Part shown: positions 51,905 to 63,560 of the stretch, piece after piece | Position numbering within the stretch: position 1 is the stretch's first letter | Layout of the letters: every line of letters starts with the position of its first letter | Source: Octopus vulgaris | Lineage: Eukaryota | Assembly (NCBI GenBank): GCA_951406725.2 | Contig: OX597821.1 | Span: 75,764,001 to 75,828,000 of the forward strand | DNA length: 64,000 nt | Direction: 5' to 3' | The notes under the pieces: model-generated | Told to the model about the DNA's origin: nothing | Seen by the model: only the letters and a program-made list of their open reading frames with translations | Database searches by the model: none | Translations under genes and position numbers: made by a program

Positions 51905-52800
51905 TTATCTGAAAATCATTCGCCCGTCTACATTACTTGAAGAAAATCCGTCATTATCAGTTGAAGTATTGGCAATAAAGCTTGCTTCAAACCATACAAC
52001 AGTTCATCATCATCTTCAACAACGTGGAAAGATTCCTAAACTTGGAAAATAGGTGCCTCATGTATTGTCCGAAAGCAACCGTAAATCCCGAGTTGACATC
52101 TGCTCTTCTCTCCATTCTCGCAAACTCATTTCACCCTTTTTCGATAGACTTGTGACGAAAAATGGATTTTCTATCGAAATGTTAAACGTCGTAAACAGTG
52201 GCTTGGTAAAAGGGAAAATGATCAACCATAACCGAGAAGGGAACTTCATGGGGAAAAGGTTCTGCTCTATCTAGTGCGATTGCAAAGGCGTAATTCACTT
52301 TATATTGTTACCACCTAATGCAACAATCAATGCTCAAGTCTACTGTCAGCAATTAGAGCGTTTGAACCAAGCTTTGAAGGAAAAAAGAGCAGCTTTAGTG
52401 AGTCGAAAACGAGTGATGTTTCATCAGGACAATGCGCAACACCACACTGCAAAGATCACATCACAGAAGATCAAAGAGGTCGGTTTGGAAAAATTTCTTC
52501 ATCCAACTTATTCTCCCGACCTTATTCCTTCAGGATACCATTTGTTTCATAGTTTACATAATTATTAGGGGGACACAACTTTCGCAAGCCAGGAGGAGGT
52601 CGAACCTGACATTTCAGAATTCTTCGCTTTGAAGCCAAAAGAGTTTTACATTGATGGGATTAAAAAGCTTGAAAATAGATGGGAGTAAGTCATAGATAAT
52701 CAGGGAACGTACATTGATGATTAACTTTCAATTAAATATTATATTTAATCACTTGGATTCTTTATCCAAAATTCGGACAGAACTTATGGGATGACCTGAG
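51905..52800 (+). pseudogene. Mariner (DD34D-type) transposase relic with 3' TIR
   Basis: *VPHVLS, VMFHQDNAQHH and HPTYSPDLIPSGYHLF motifs (34-residue spacing, third D mutated to G); several stops and frameshifts. Confidence 0.92.
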
Positions 52801-52984
52801 ATATATACACTGGCGAAAATATATTTGAGACTGACGATAAAAGTTGTATTTCTTACAAAATATTTTGTTACTAACACCATACAAATTATTTATATCTTTT
52901 ACACCTTATGCAAAATTTATTTCTCTTTCGAATGATGCAGACAATTTTTATACAACTTGAAGAATTCTAATGCTAAATTAATAT

Positions 52985-53152
52985 ATATTTCTTTACTGCC
53001 CACAAGGGGCTAAACATAGAGGGGACAAACAAGGACAGACAAACGGATTAAGTCGATTACATTGACCGCAGTGCGTAACTGGTACTTAATTTATCGACCC
53101 CGAAAGGATGAAAGGTAAAGTGGACCTCGGCGGAATTTGAACTCAGAACGTA
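52985..53152 (-). mobile_element. SINE family A, 5'-truncated, tail-1
   Basis: B box, core and tail-1 ending GAAATA in TATAT. Confidence 0.92.
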
Positions 53153-53261
53153 ATATAAACGTTTCAAATTTACCGGCAAAATTAGTTTAAGACCATGTAA
53201 TATGTATGCAATTCTTTTGGCCAAAATGGGTGGTCATACAACGAGCTTAAATGCACCATAT

Positions 53262-53490
53262 AAAGGGTAAAGACCCCCTTCGGTCATGAGTGACCATGGG
53301 TTTGCACCTAGAGAGTTACCCTCTGAGGCACAAGTCTGGGCAAGGTTGTTTTTATGGAAGACCAGTAGTCGCCCATGCATACCGACCTCCCCTCTCCACG
53401 CCACCAGTGTTATCCAAGGGAAAGACAAAGGTCGATACAGCTTGGCACCAGTGACGTCGCAACTCATTTCTACAGCTGAGTGAACTGGAA
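53262..53490 (-). mobile_element. Third SINE-like family, 3' part
   Basis: GC-rich insert; minus strand ccagttcactcagctgtagaaatgag… ending gtctttacccttt, unlike the AT-rich host element. Family identity is inference. Confidence 0.6.
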
Positions 53491-54008
53491 ATTATAATTT
53501 AATGTTATTATACAATTTATTAATAATGGAAAAACAACGTAGCCTTAGTCCAGTCACGAGAGCAAAAATCGTATATTACAGCAAAAAGTTTCCTTTTCGA
53601 ACATCAGCAAGCAACTAAAGTGCAGTAAACTGGCTTGCGTGCAAGCGTGGAAGTTATACTCGGAGACTGGTCACTATAAAGATCGGCAAAGGACTTGTAG
53701 CCGAATATTTTCTAAGAAATAGAACTTTTATCATCGGTCTTAAATTTATTTTCGCCAGCGTGTATATTATATATATATAATGTATATAATACGAGAGTTT
53801 TAATGGAGATAACCTGCAGTATATAGTACAACATTTTTGTCTCCGTATATGAGCTAAGTATTAATAAAATGTGGTATACGATAAAAAATTTCGGATATTT
53901 GTCTTAAAACATTCAGACAAGAAAATTCAGATGTAGCATATGAGGTATTATTCCATACGAATATACACATATTTATTTTAAGAGTTTCATGATAAAAATA
54001 TAGAAATA

Positions 54009-54552
54009 TTAGGTTGTCCGGAAAGTTCGTGCCGATTTATTGTAGCTTATCTTTGAGTCCATAAAATGGGATTTGACTACATCTCCATTTAGAGCACAGT
54101 TTAAGCTATCTTTCCGTGGAAGAAGGTTTATGTTCCTATAACCTGTATTAATTCTGTAACCCTTTAAAATAAAAGATGAGAAAGTTCATTTTCGGCACTT
54201 GATGCTTTGGGAACCAGACAAAAATTGCTGCAGCTCGGCTGGGATGTGTTAGCCCCACCCTCCCTATTCCCCAGATATTGCTCCTTCGGAATTCCACTTA
54301 TTCAGGTCTCTGCAGAAAAGTCTTAATGGTAAAAATTTCAATTCCTTAGATGACGTAAAAAGATACCTTGACGAATTCTTTGCCTTGAAACCACCCCAAT
54401 TCTGGGAAGAGGGTATTTTCAAGGTAAAGGAAAGATGGAGAACCATTGTGCAACGAAATGGTTCAGATTTGGTTCATTAAAAATGTAATGGCAAATATTT
54501 AGTGACCTTTAGTTTCCTTTAAAAATCGGAACGAACTTTCCGGACAATCCAA
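54009..54552 (+). mobile_element. Mariner deletion derivative with both TIRs and TA TSD
   Basis: TA|TTAGGTTGTCCGGAAAGTTCGTGCCGATTT … AAATCGGAACGAACTTTCCGGACAATCCAA|TA; remnant HPPYSPDIAPSEFHLFRSLQ. Confidence 0.92.
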
Positions 54553-54814
54553 TATAAACATAACAATGACATACGAATATAAACATGAAAAATAAATACC
54601 TAAATTGAAAGAGGCGAGTAAATTTTTTTTCCTAACCTGCAGCCGTTTCAGAAAAGTGGTTGTACGAAGTATTCGAAATTCAGCCCTCCTTCCTCCTGGT
54701 TCCTTTCTCGAGGTAAAATCCAGCAAAAAGCATTAAGGCACTACAAGGTGCGTATTCAGTTGGTGAAAGTTCAGTTTTTGAGTATCGATGAATAAACGAC
54801 AGCATAATATCTGA

Positions 54815-56540
54815 TTTTTTTTATTACCCACAAGGGGCCAACAAAGAAGGGACAATACAAATCGGAGAACTTAAAATATAACAAAAGTGGATGAAAAATA
54901 AGACGAAATAAAATTTAAGAATAATGAGTTATGAAAAAGGTATTACAATGAGGTGCAATGTCTACTCGATCCCGGAAATCGAGTGGTTACATTTTTGTCA
55001 ATCTCTCCCATATTGATTTTTCCAAAATTTTACACAATTTACAAAGTTTATCGCACAAAAATGTTCATAGAGTTTCACAATACCTTTTGCTAACAGAATT
55101 TTCTTCTTTTTTTTTCCTTCTTTTCCACAATTTTAAGTGTATTCTATCTCGTGCACCAGTGTGTAGTATCTCTCCACGCGAGATGGACGTTCTTTCAATC
55201 GACACTTCCAGTGATCCACCACGTACTTTTCGGCGGCCTCCATGAATCCCTGGAAACTATCCTCGTGGACTAGAGCACCGGCCTCAATCTCGGTTCTCAT
55301 CTTAAACCATGATGTTTTCCTTGTTCTCCCTATTGTCTCGTCCATTTCAGGACATTTCTTGTATATCACAAGATCTCCATAAAATCGGTGTCCCCATTTC
55401 AAAACTGTGGTTTCTGTTGAGTGTTCCCTTGTCTTCTTTTTAGGACTGGCTGCTTCTTTGTTCTCTACTCTTAGTTTCTCTCTTTCTCTCTTCTTTCTTT
55501 CTACATTTTCTTTTACTGTCGGTGCATCTTTCTCAAGACCGAACAGAGACAGAATACTCGGTTTTTTCTTGAGCTCATTTTCTGCTTTTTCTCTTTTTTG
55601 TTTCTTTTGTTCTTTTCCTGTTGTTTCTTTTTCCTTGCTTTCTTTTTCCTTCATTGCACTGGCCTTTCCTTTCTCTTGTCGCTTTTCCTTCATTTGTTCC
55701 TTCTCTGTTGTTTCTTTTATCTTATTTTCTTTCTCTTTCAGTGCATTGTTTTTTCCATTCTCCTGTTCTTTTTTCTCTATCTGTTCTTCCTCTGTGTCTT
55801 ATTTTGTTCCATTTCTTTCTCCACTGTAAATTCATATAGCGGACATTCTGCTCTTATATGACCTCTTGTTCCACATAAGTAACAGTTCGGCTTTCTTCTC
55901 TCTACAATTACGCCAATTGTCCTTTCGTTTTCTACCTCTATCTGAAAGGGAACTCGCTCTATATCTTCTATTGTGCCCATCAGCCACAACTCCACACCGA
56001 ATCCCTTCCAGTTTACGACGTTGGTCTCTGTGATCGACCCCACTTCTATTTCATCTTCAGCCGATCCTAGAATGGCTGTCACCAGCCATTCCGTCTTTAC
56101 TTCCGGCGGCACGTTTGGGATTTTAACCCTTACTCCTCTTCTTCCTATGTACGTAGGTAACATAATAAAATTTTCCGCTCTGAGTACAGTGGAAGATAGC
56201 GAGGCCGCCTCTTCACTTTTTGCGCCCTTCCAATTGCTATAGATTCGTAATGCATCTTACGGCTGTGCCTGTCACCTGGATGGTGAGGAATCCTACATTG
56301 GGAGTGGTAACGACTAGGGTGGGGTAACTGACTGCTTATTGTGATCATTCGTCTTTTGGTTTCCTGTAGCTTTGCTCTCTTTTACAAACCCAGTGAACAT
56401 ATATTTCCTCTTTCAAAGAAATTCAAACAATAGATATAAGACCAAAGATTTTCAACAATTCAACTTCTCTGGTTGACATTAAGATGCCCACCCCCGACAG
56501 GGGCCTTAACTCTCACATTTTAGAGCTCCATGACCTTCAT
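54815..56540 (-). mobile_element. ORF1-only L1/Tx1-like retroposon (HAL1-like architecture)
   Basis: Gag-like ORF, ~320-nt 3' region, AATAAA and a short A-tail at 54815-54822; no endonuclease or RT motif seen. The 5' boundary is uncertain. Confidence 0.7.
55133..56235 (-). pseudogene. Frameshifted gag-like ORF1: CCHC zinc knuckle plus K/E-rich repeat region
   Basis: RVKIPNVPP…CYLCGTRGHIRAEC (CX2CX4HX4C) in ORF 55777-56163, continuing after one frameshift near 55800 into ORF 55133-55693. Confidence 0.8.
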
Positions 56541-56559
56541 TTTTCAGGAGCAAAATCTT

Positions 56560-56790
56560 TTTAACGGGTTCAATAAGACTGTAATCTTGGAATATGCGCA
56601 TAAAAATCAGTAATATGGGATACATGTGGCACGATTACAATTTTTTAGGGCGTGTAAAGAGGAAAATAACCCTCATATGCAATTTTGATGAAATTCGAAA
56701 CATAGATATTCCAGTTGATTATAGAAGATATACAGAAAAGTCTAATTTTTCAATTGAATGTAACCGGGCAACGCCGGGTATCTCTGCTAG
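56560..56790 (+). mobile_element. Helitron-like 3' end
   Basis: GC hairpin ACCGGGC-AAC-GCCGGGT at 56763-56779, then terminal CTAG|T at 56790. Confidence 0.75.
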
Positions 56791-56873
<83 letters not shown>

Positions 56874-56881
56874 CTACATAT

Positions 56882-57032
56882 ATAGCACACCGGGCGAAAT
56901 GCTTATCGGTATTTCGTCTGTCTTTACGTTCTGAGTTCAAATTCCGCCGAGGCCGACTTTGCTTTCCATCCTTTCGGGGTCGATAAACTAAGTACCAGTT
57001 GGGTACAGGGGTCAATCTAATCGACTGGTCCC
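56882..57032 (+). mobile_element. SINE family A, partial
   Basis: tagcacaccgggcgaaatgc…gagttcaaattccgccgagg…cctttcggggtcgataaactaagtaccag. Confidence 0.9.
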
Positions 57033-57034
57033 AA

Positions 57035-57380
57035 GGTTGTTTCCCAACCATGGCTACGGGCTCAATCGGGCATTCTACTCGGTCCGACTAAAGCCTTGTG
57101 TGTGGATATGGTAGGCGGTAACCGAAAGAAGCCTGTTGTATATGCATATATATGTATACATATATGTGTGTTTGTGTGTCTTTGTTCTCTACCAACGTTT
57201 GACAATCGATGTTGGTGTGTTTACATCCCCATAACTTAGTAGTTCGGCATAAGATTTTGAAAGAATTAGTATCAAGATTAGAAATATAATTAGTGATGTG
57301 TAACCTTTCAGTTAAAATTGTTCAAAGCGGCCCCCCAGTATGGCCGCAGTTTAATGACTGAAACGGGTAAAATATTAAAA
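57035..57380 (+). mobile_element. SINE family B, diverged
   Basis: ttcccaaccatgg…aaagccttgtgtgtggatatggtaggcgg…ccagtatggccgcagtttaatgactgaaac. Confidence 0.82.
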
Positions 57381-57705
57381 GGAAAACAGAACACACACAC
57401 ACACGCGCACACACATCATCATCATCATTGTTCGACCGTGGTCGAGACTAAATTCCATAGTCTTTTCAAATGGCTAATAATGTGTGCGCGCGCCACTACT
57501 ACACACATTGGAAAACATTGTACAACCAAGTACTAAAGAAGATATTTCCTCCTCCATGAAATAAAGCTGTTTCCGCTGGACGTCAACCCAGTATTTCTAA
57601 GCTACGGACCGAGTGATTTATTGTAAGGTTATCTCCCTAGATAGATTGCCTTCACTACGGCTAAGGAGCCATTTCTACCCCACGCACACACACCTCACGC
57701 ACACA

Positions 57706-57767
<62 letters not shown>

Positions 57768-58600
57768 TTATATGCACACAAACATGTATAAAATTATTTT
57801 AGTTTAACTTTCTAATTTCTGAAATCTAATTTTGATAGCAACAATCTGTGACACTGCCTCACTCTCAGCTGAATACAAATTTATTGATATATAAAAAATG
57901 ATTACACGCATGAAATTGTGACCGGGTTACAAATATGTTTTCATAACAATAAATTCTATCTTAGAACCAATATCGTAGATTTCAATAGCAGCAGTGGTTA
58001 ATCGCACAAAAAAAGATCCACCGCGGACCTCATGTGTGATTAGAACTCCGAACCTAAGTACTGCGAGACATTTTGTCTTCAACTTTTTGTAAACCCACCT
58101 ATCTGGATGTTGTTATTGATGATGATGTCTTCCATAATGTAGGTATTCTACATTGCAGATCAAGTATGTGACTTAAGGTCATATTTTCTGTTTTGTGGAG
58201 AAGAAAAAATGTATAATATAGTTTCCTGTAATATTTTGTTGCTATTTATACATGTCCTGGTTGTTATGTATACATTATTCGTATTTACATTTTCTTCATC
58301 TAAAAGAATACTTTTTGTTCTTTGTCAAACTGCCAATAGACAAAAGTAAAAGATGAAGACGAAATAACAGCTTACGTCCATAGCAAACTTTGTCTGAGAA
58401 AAGTTGAAAATGTTATGTATCGACGTAATGGATGCAGATTTGAAAAAAATAAAAACAATACATTCTTTAGTATTCTTCACGTAAGTAAACAAACACATTA
58501 AATAAATACAAACACAAATATGTATGAATATGACTGTGTGTGCTTTAGCCGTGTGATAAGATGAATTCTTGCGTCTAAACATTAGCAAGAATTTAGGTGC

Positions 58601-58602
<2 letters not shown>

Positions 58603-58666
<64 letters not shown>

Positions 58667-58842
58667 AGATAGATAGATAGATAGATAGATAAATATATAA
58701 TGTACATAAATATGAATATATATATACATACATATATATTTGTATATATATATGTATATATATTTATATATACATATATGTATATATATATGTGTATATA
58801 TATATGTGTGTATATATATATGTATATGTATATATATATATG

Positions 58843-58907
<65 letters not shown>

Positions 58908-58940
58908 GTACATACATATATACATACACATGCACACACA
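58603..58940. repeat. (TA)n/(GATA)n/(TATATG)n microsatellite field
   Basis: Seen directly. Confidence 0.97.
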
Positions 58941-59699
58941 CATGGGTTTGGCTTAAGATTTCATTTCATTATGCACATACATATTTGAGAAACAGTTATA
59001 AGATTTTAGGAGCCAATTCCTTTTCGAACAATATCCTTTGTTATTGATTTATACATACACACACTCAACACACACACACACACGTATGTATTTATACTGT
59101 AGTGCATGTATGTATACATGCATATTTATTCATTACCACAATTGATATATGAATTATTCTGGGCTCTTTGCGATGGTGGTTTGGCCGATGTTTGTTTACA
59201 GAGCTACTGGTTTGAAAACAAACTTTCTCATTCTTCTACTGTTTATATTTTGGCATAAAATATCTCACATTTACCATATCAAACTCGCAAACATTCGTTG
59301 TCTCAGCTTTTCAACACTTTACCTTTTTTTCCAAAAACACCACAGAAATATTTTCTAAAACCACCCAATATTTGTTATTACAAAAACATAGCAATTTTCG
59401 AGAGGTATACCTAAATATAACTATTCAAAAACTTTAAAATGTACCGCGTATCAATAATTTATTCAATGAGGAGTGGACGTGAAAATGCGAAATAGTGGAG
59501 TTTCTATAGTAAATATATGTCATCCTTTGTTTGAAGACACATGGTAGCTTTGTTTTTTTATCAGTATTCGATTATCAATATAGATAACAACATTCAAATT
59601 ATAAATATGTGTGCGTGCGTGTAATTATTTTCAAAATTCCGAGACAGCACAGATGCTACATCTTCAGAAGTTTCGTATACGTTTTCCTTACTTTTGTAA

Positions 59700-60093
59700 C
59701 CCTGGAAACTGAAATTTATACCAGAACTGTGCCCAAACGAGGAAGCAAAAATAAGTACATGAAACTGTCGGTGCTAAGGTAAGTGATCGTTTGTTACTCT
59801 TATGATAACGTGGGAAATGTGAAGGTTGTGGTCAATGAAGAGAGTAGACGTTATACCAATAGTGACTGGTGCACTTGGAAGTATCAACTCTCAAGTACCA
59901 GCCTGGCTGAAAAAGATTGGTGCAAGTGTGAAAGTAGAACACCTACAAAAATCAGCATTGCTTCGAACTGCTAGAATTCTTCGCAGAGTTCTTGAAACAT
60001 GACCAGTAAACAAATGTTGCCTTAGACTGCTGGGTATGGACAACTGACACTTTCAGTCGTACCTAGCAAAATAAGCTGTGAGTTTTCATTACA
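59700..60093 (+). pseudogene. Dong/R4-like LINE 3' end running into (TAA/CAA)n
   Basis: VIPIVTGALG..SSTSLAEK region and HLQKSALLRTARILRRVLET*. Confidence 0.88.
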
Positions 60094-60103
60094 TAATAAT
60101 AAT

Positions 60104-60191
<88 letters not shown>

Positions 60192-60995
60192 TTAAAATGT
60201 GATTTTTTGCTGCTTTTAGTCCTCCGCAGCATCCAGTCCTCTGTACTAGATAAGTCCTTGCTCATTGTAATTGTGGAAGGCTTATAGCACAGGTCTACTT
60301 GCATCATTCCTCTTTTCCCATTACTTCTAGGTAGGTACAGATGATCAACATCTGCTTTTGGGTGGTGCATATTCTTAGATATTGGTAGTTTTCTTGTCTT
60401 TCTGTCCAAGCTTTGGAGCTCTGTAAGATTCCAGTTAATGATGTTAAAACTATATTGGACGACTGGAAGTGCCAGGGTGTTTATGGCTTCGATGCGATTT
60501 TTGGAGTTCAGTTTTGGAGTTCAGTTTCTGGTATGAGTCTCACTCTCCTGTAATACTCTTTTGTTATTTTTTCTTCTTTATTAGCATGATGTATGCCATC
60601 TCCTTCGTTTATTTCAAAGTATTTATAGCTTTCTTGTAGGTCAGGCTCCTTGATAGTAGTGTCGGTATCTTATTTAATGGAAGCTGTTTGAATTTGCCTC
60701 TAACAAAAGTTGCTTCAGCACACTTATCAAGGCCAAAATCCATCCCGATGCCATTGCTGAATTCCTTAACATTTGTTAACGGCCCTTCTAGTTCCTCGTC
60801 GTTTCTAGCAACCAGCTTCAGATCGTCCATATAAAATAGAAATGGAATGCTATAATATTATACATTTTGAACCCATACCTGGGAGTGGGATTCGTGTCAT
60901 GCAAAAGAGTAATAGGGAGAGGGAGTCACCTTGAAAGATGCCTCGTTTGATATTGATGTTGTTATATTGTCTCATCCCATTACTATGGTGTAGGA
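60192..60995 (-). pseudogene. Dong/R4-like RT segment (inverted 5' part)
   Basis: GIFQGDSLS, YMDDLKLVARND, FGLDKCA, HHPKADVDHLYLPR and STEDWML motifs. Confidence 0.92.
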
Positions 60996-61009
60996 GACGT
61001 GTATTCCAC

Positions 61010-62017
61010 TTGCAGCAAAACATCATATTTTATTGTCAAGGAAGTTTGCAAATTCACAAGGGAACTCGGCATTAACCTTAAATTAGATGAAGAACCTGAA
61101 ACCACTGCCACCGAACAAGCAAAACGGATCAGACAGACTGCAAAAAAGAATAAGCAGAAAGAAACTGAGGAGCAGAGGAACCAGAAGCATTTATATGGAG
61201 GATATATACTTCGAAGCTGAAATGCTGATGTAGACCAAGCAACAACTCATCAGTGGCTGAGAAGTTCAGGACTGAAAGCAGAGACTGGAAGATTTATATC
61301 AGCGGCACAAGATCAAAGCTTGCTTACCAAAAACTATCAGGTTAACGTTCTTTAAAACGGTTCTGACCCTAAATTCAGATTCTGCGATACATTTAATGAA
61401 ACAATAGACCATCACGTCCCGGGATGTCCTGTGCTGACACCAAACGAATAAAAAAATCGCCACGATAGGATGGGACAGTATTTACATGGGAAAATATGTA
61501 AACACCACAAAATCATTACCCCTGCTTACTGGTATGGACATCAACCTGAGCAAGTTGTTGGAGGTAAAAATGTCGCTATCGCTGAGATTTTGCAGTCAAC
61601 ACCGACAGAACGATCCAGGCTAAATGACCAGACATAATCATTAAAGACAGAGAAGAAAATACTTGTAGACTAATAGATGTAAGTGTTCCCACTGATAAAA
61701 ATATATCTGTAAAAAAATTTGACAAATTAAGCAAATATAAGGACTTGGAAATTGAAATACAAAAGATGTGGCATCTTAAAATGAGAACTGTTCCTGTTAT
61801 TGTGGGTGTCCTAAGTATGATAATAAGGTGATTCAGAAACATCTCAATAATATACTAGGGAAACCATGTCTTAGAGAAATCCAATTACTGACAAGACATG
61901 CCCACATCCTCAGTGAAATACCTATCCATTTAAATGTCTATGTTGTATTACATGGACCTATATGTTATTGCATGTAAACAATAACCGGTAATTAAGAATT
62001 ACCCGAGAGTCTTTCCT
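61010..62017 (+). pseudogene. Dong/R4-like C-terminal segment with zinc-finger and endonuclease remnants, ending in (TAA)n
   Basis: [57 protein letters not shown] and KLSKYKDLEIEIQKMW motifs. Confidence 0.92.
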
Positions 62018-62033
62018 AATAATAATAATAATG

Positions 62034-62087
<54 letters not shown>

Positions 62088-62342
62088 TACATTGTTTTGT
62101 CTTGGTATAACAGATGGGCTACAGCAAATATTCTGCTAAATACCACAGATGTGCTTGTCAGTTATTTGACCATAACCAGTTAGCATGTCCCTTAGTGGCT
62201 GACTATATGTACATCTCTGATCACATACGGCTGTGATACATGTGCTTGATGTACCCTTATCAGACGGGTAATCATGATAGGTATACTGGGCTTCGTATAT
62301 TTTACTGCTCTATCACTCAATAATAACTATAATAATAATAAT

Positions 62343-62536
62343 CTTTTCTACTATAGAAACAAGGCTTGTAACTTTGGGGGAGATAATAAGATAGACCCCA
62401 GTACGCAAATGGTACTTAATTTATCGACCCCGAAAGGATTTAAGGCAAAGTCGACCTTGGTGGATATTGAACTTAGAACATAAAGATGGATGAAATGCCG
62501 ATGGGCCTTTCGTCCAGGGTGCTCGCCGCCTTTGTG

Positions 62537-62606
<70 letters not shown>

Positions 62607-62817
62607 CTAGTAAAGACACAAGGTCTGAAATTTTGGGGGTAAGGGACTGGTCGATTACATCGACCCCAGCGTTTCAATGGTATTTAATTTATTGACCCCG
62701 AAAGGATAAAAAGCAAAGTCAACCCCGCCGGAATTTGAACTCAGAGTATAAGGACAATGGAAATACCGGTAAGCATTTCGGCCGGCGTACTAACGATTCT
62801 GCCTGCTCACCGCCTTT
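62343..62817 (-). mobile_element. Two SINE family A tail-2 copies separated by (TAA)n
   Basis: Copies at ~62343-62532 and ~62602-62817, each bounded by TAA repeats. Confidence 0.9.
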
Positions 62818-62932
62818 ATATTAATGATAATAAGAATACCAATAATAATAATAATAACAATTAGAAGAAGGAGGAGAAGAAGAAGGAAAAGAAGAGGAAT
62901 AACAACAACAACAACAACAATAATAATAATAA

Positions 62933-62964
<32 letters not shown>

Positions 62965-62999
62965 ATAATAATAATAATAACAACAACAACGATAATCAA

Positions 63000-63300
63000 T
63001 ATGAGATGTATAAAAAATAGCAAAGTACCACGACTTAGCCATTGAATTACAGAGACTATGGAAAGTGCAGGTAAAATGTATCCCAGTAGTTATAGGTGCA
63101 ATGGGAACTATCCCTAAAGATTTGACCACGTGGATAAAGGAAATAGGCATAAAACCCAGTTTAGTACAGCTCCAGAAAACAGTGTTATTAGGGACCGCTA
63201 GAATATTTGGGAAGGTTCTTGGCATCTAAAGTTACTTGTTGTAGCTGGATGTTAGGAATTTTTCTTTTCCAGCATTATAATTTGTTGTGTATATGAAAAT
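63000..63300 (+). pseudogene. Dong/R4-like LINE 3' end (different subfamily)
   Basis: KIAKYHDLAIELQRLWKVQVKCIPVVIGAMGTIPK…LQKTVLLGTARIFGKVLGI*. Confidence 0.92.
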
Positions 63301-63316
63301 AATAGCAACAACACTT

Positions 63317-63479
63317 GAGAAGAAGAAGAAGAAGAAGAAGAAGAAGAAGAAGAAGAAGAAGAAGAAGAAGAAGAAGAAGAAGACGAAGAAGAAGAAGAAG
63401 AAGAAGAAGAAGAAGAAGAAGAAGGAGAAGGAGATGAAGAAGGAGATGAAGAACAACAACAACAACAACAACAACAATG

Positions 63480-63548
<69 letters not shown>

Positions 63549-63560
63549 GTAATAATAATC
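63317..63560. repeat. Compound (AAG)n/(AAC)n/(AAT)n microsatellite
   Basis: Seen directly. Confidence 0.97.

Larger units (their letters stand above)
52808..53762 (+). mobile_element. Tc1-like deletion derivative with ~58-bp TIRs, hosting two SINEs
   Basis: CACTGGCGAAAATATATTTGAGACTGACGATAAAAGTT is inverted at ~53705-53762; N-terminal HTH remnant MEKQRSLSPVTRAKIV…ISKQLKCSK…YSETGHYKDRQR from ~53527. Confidence 0.8.
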
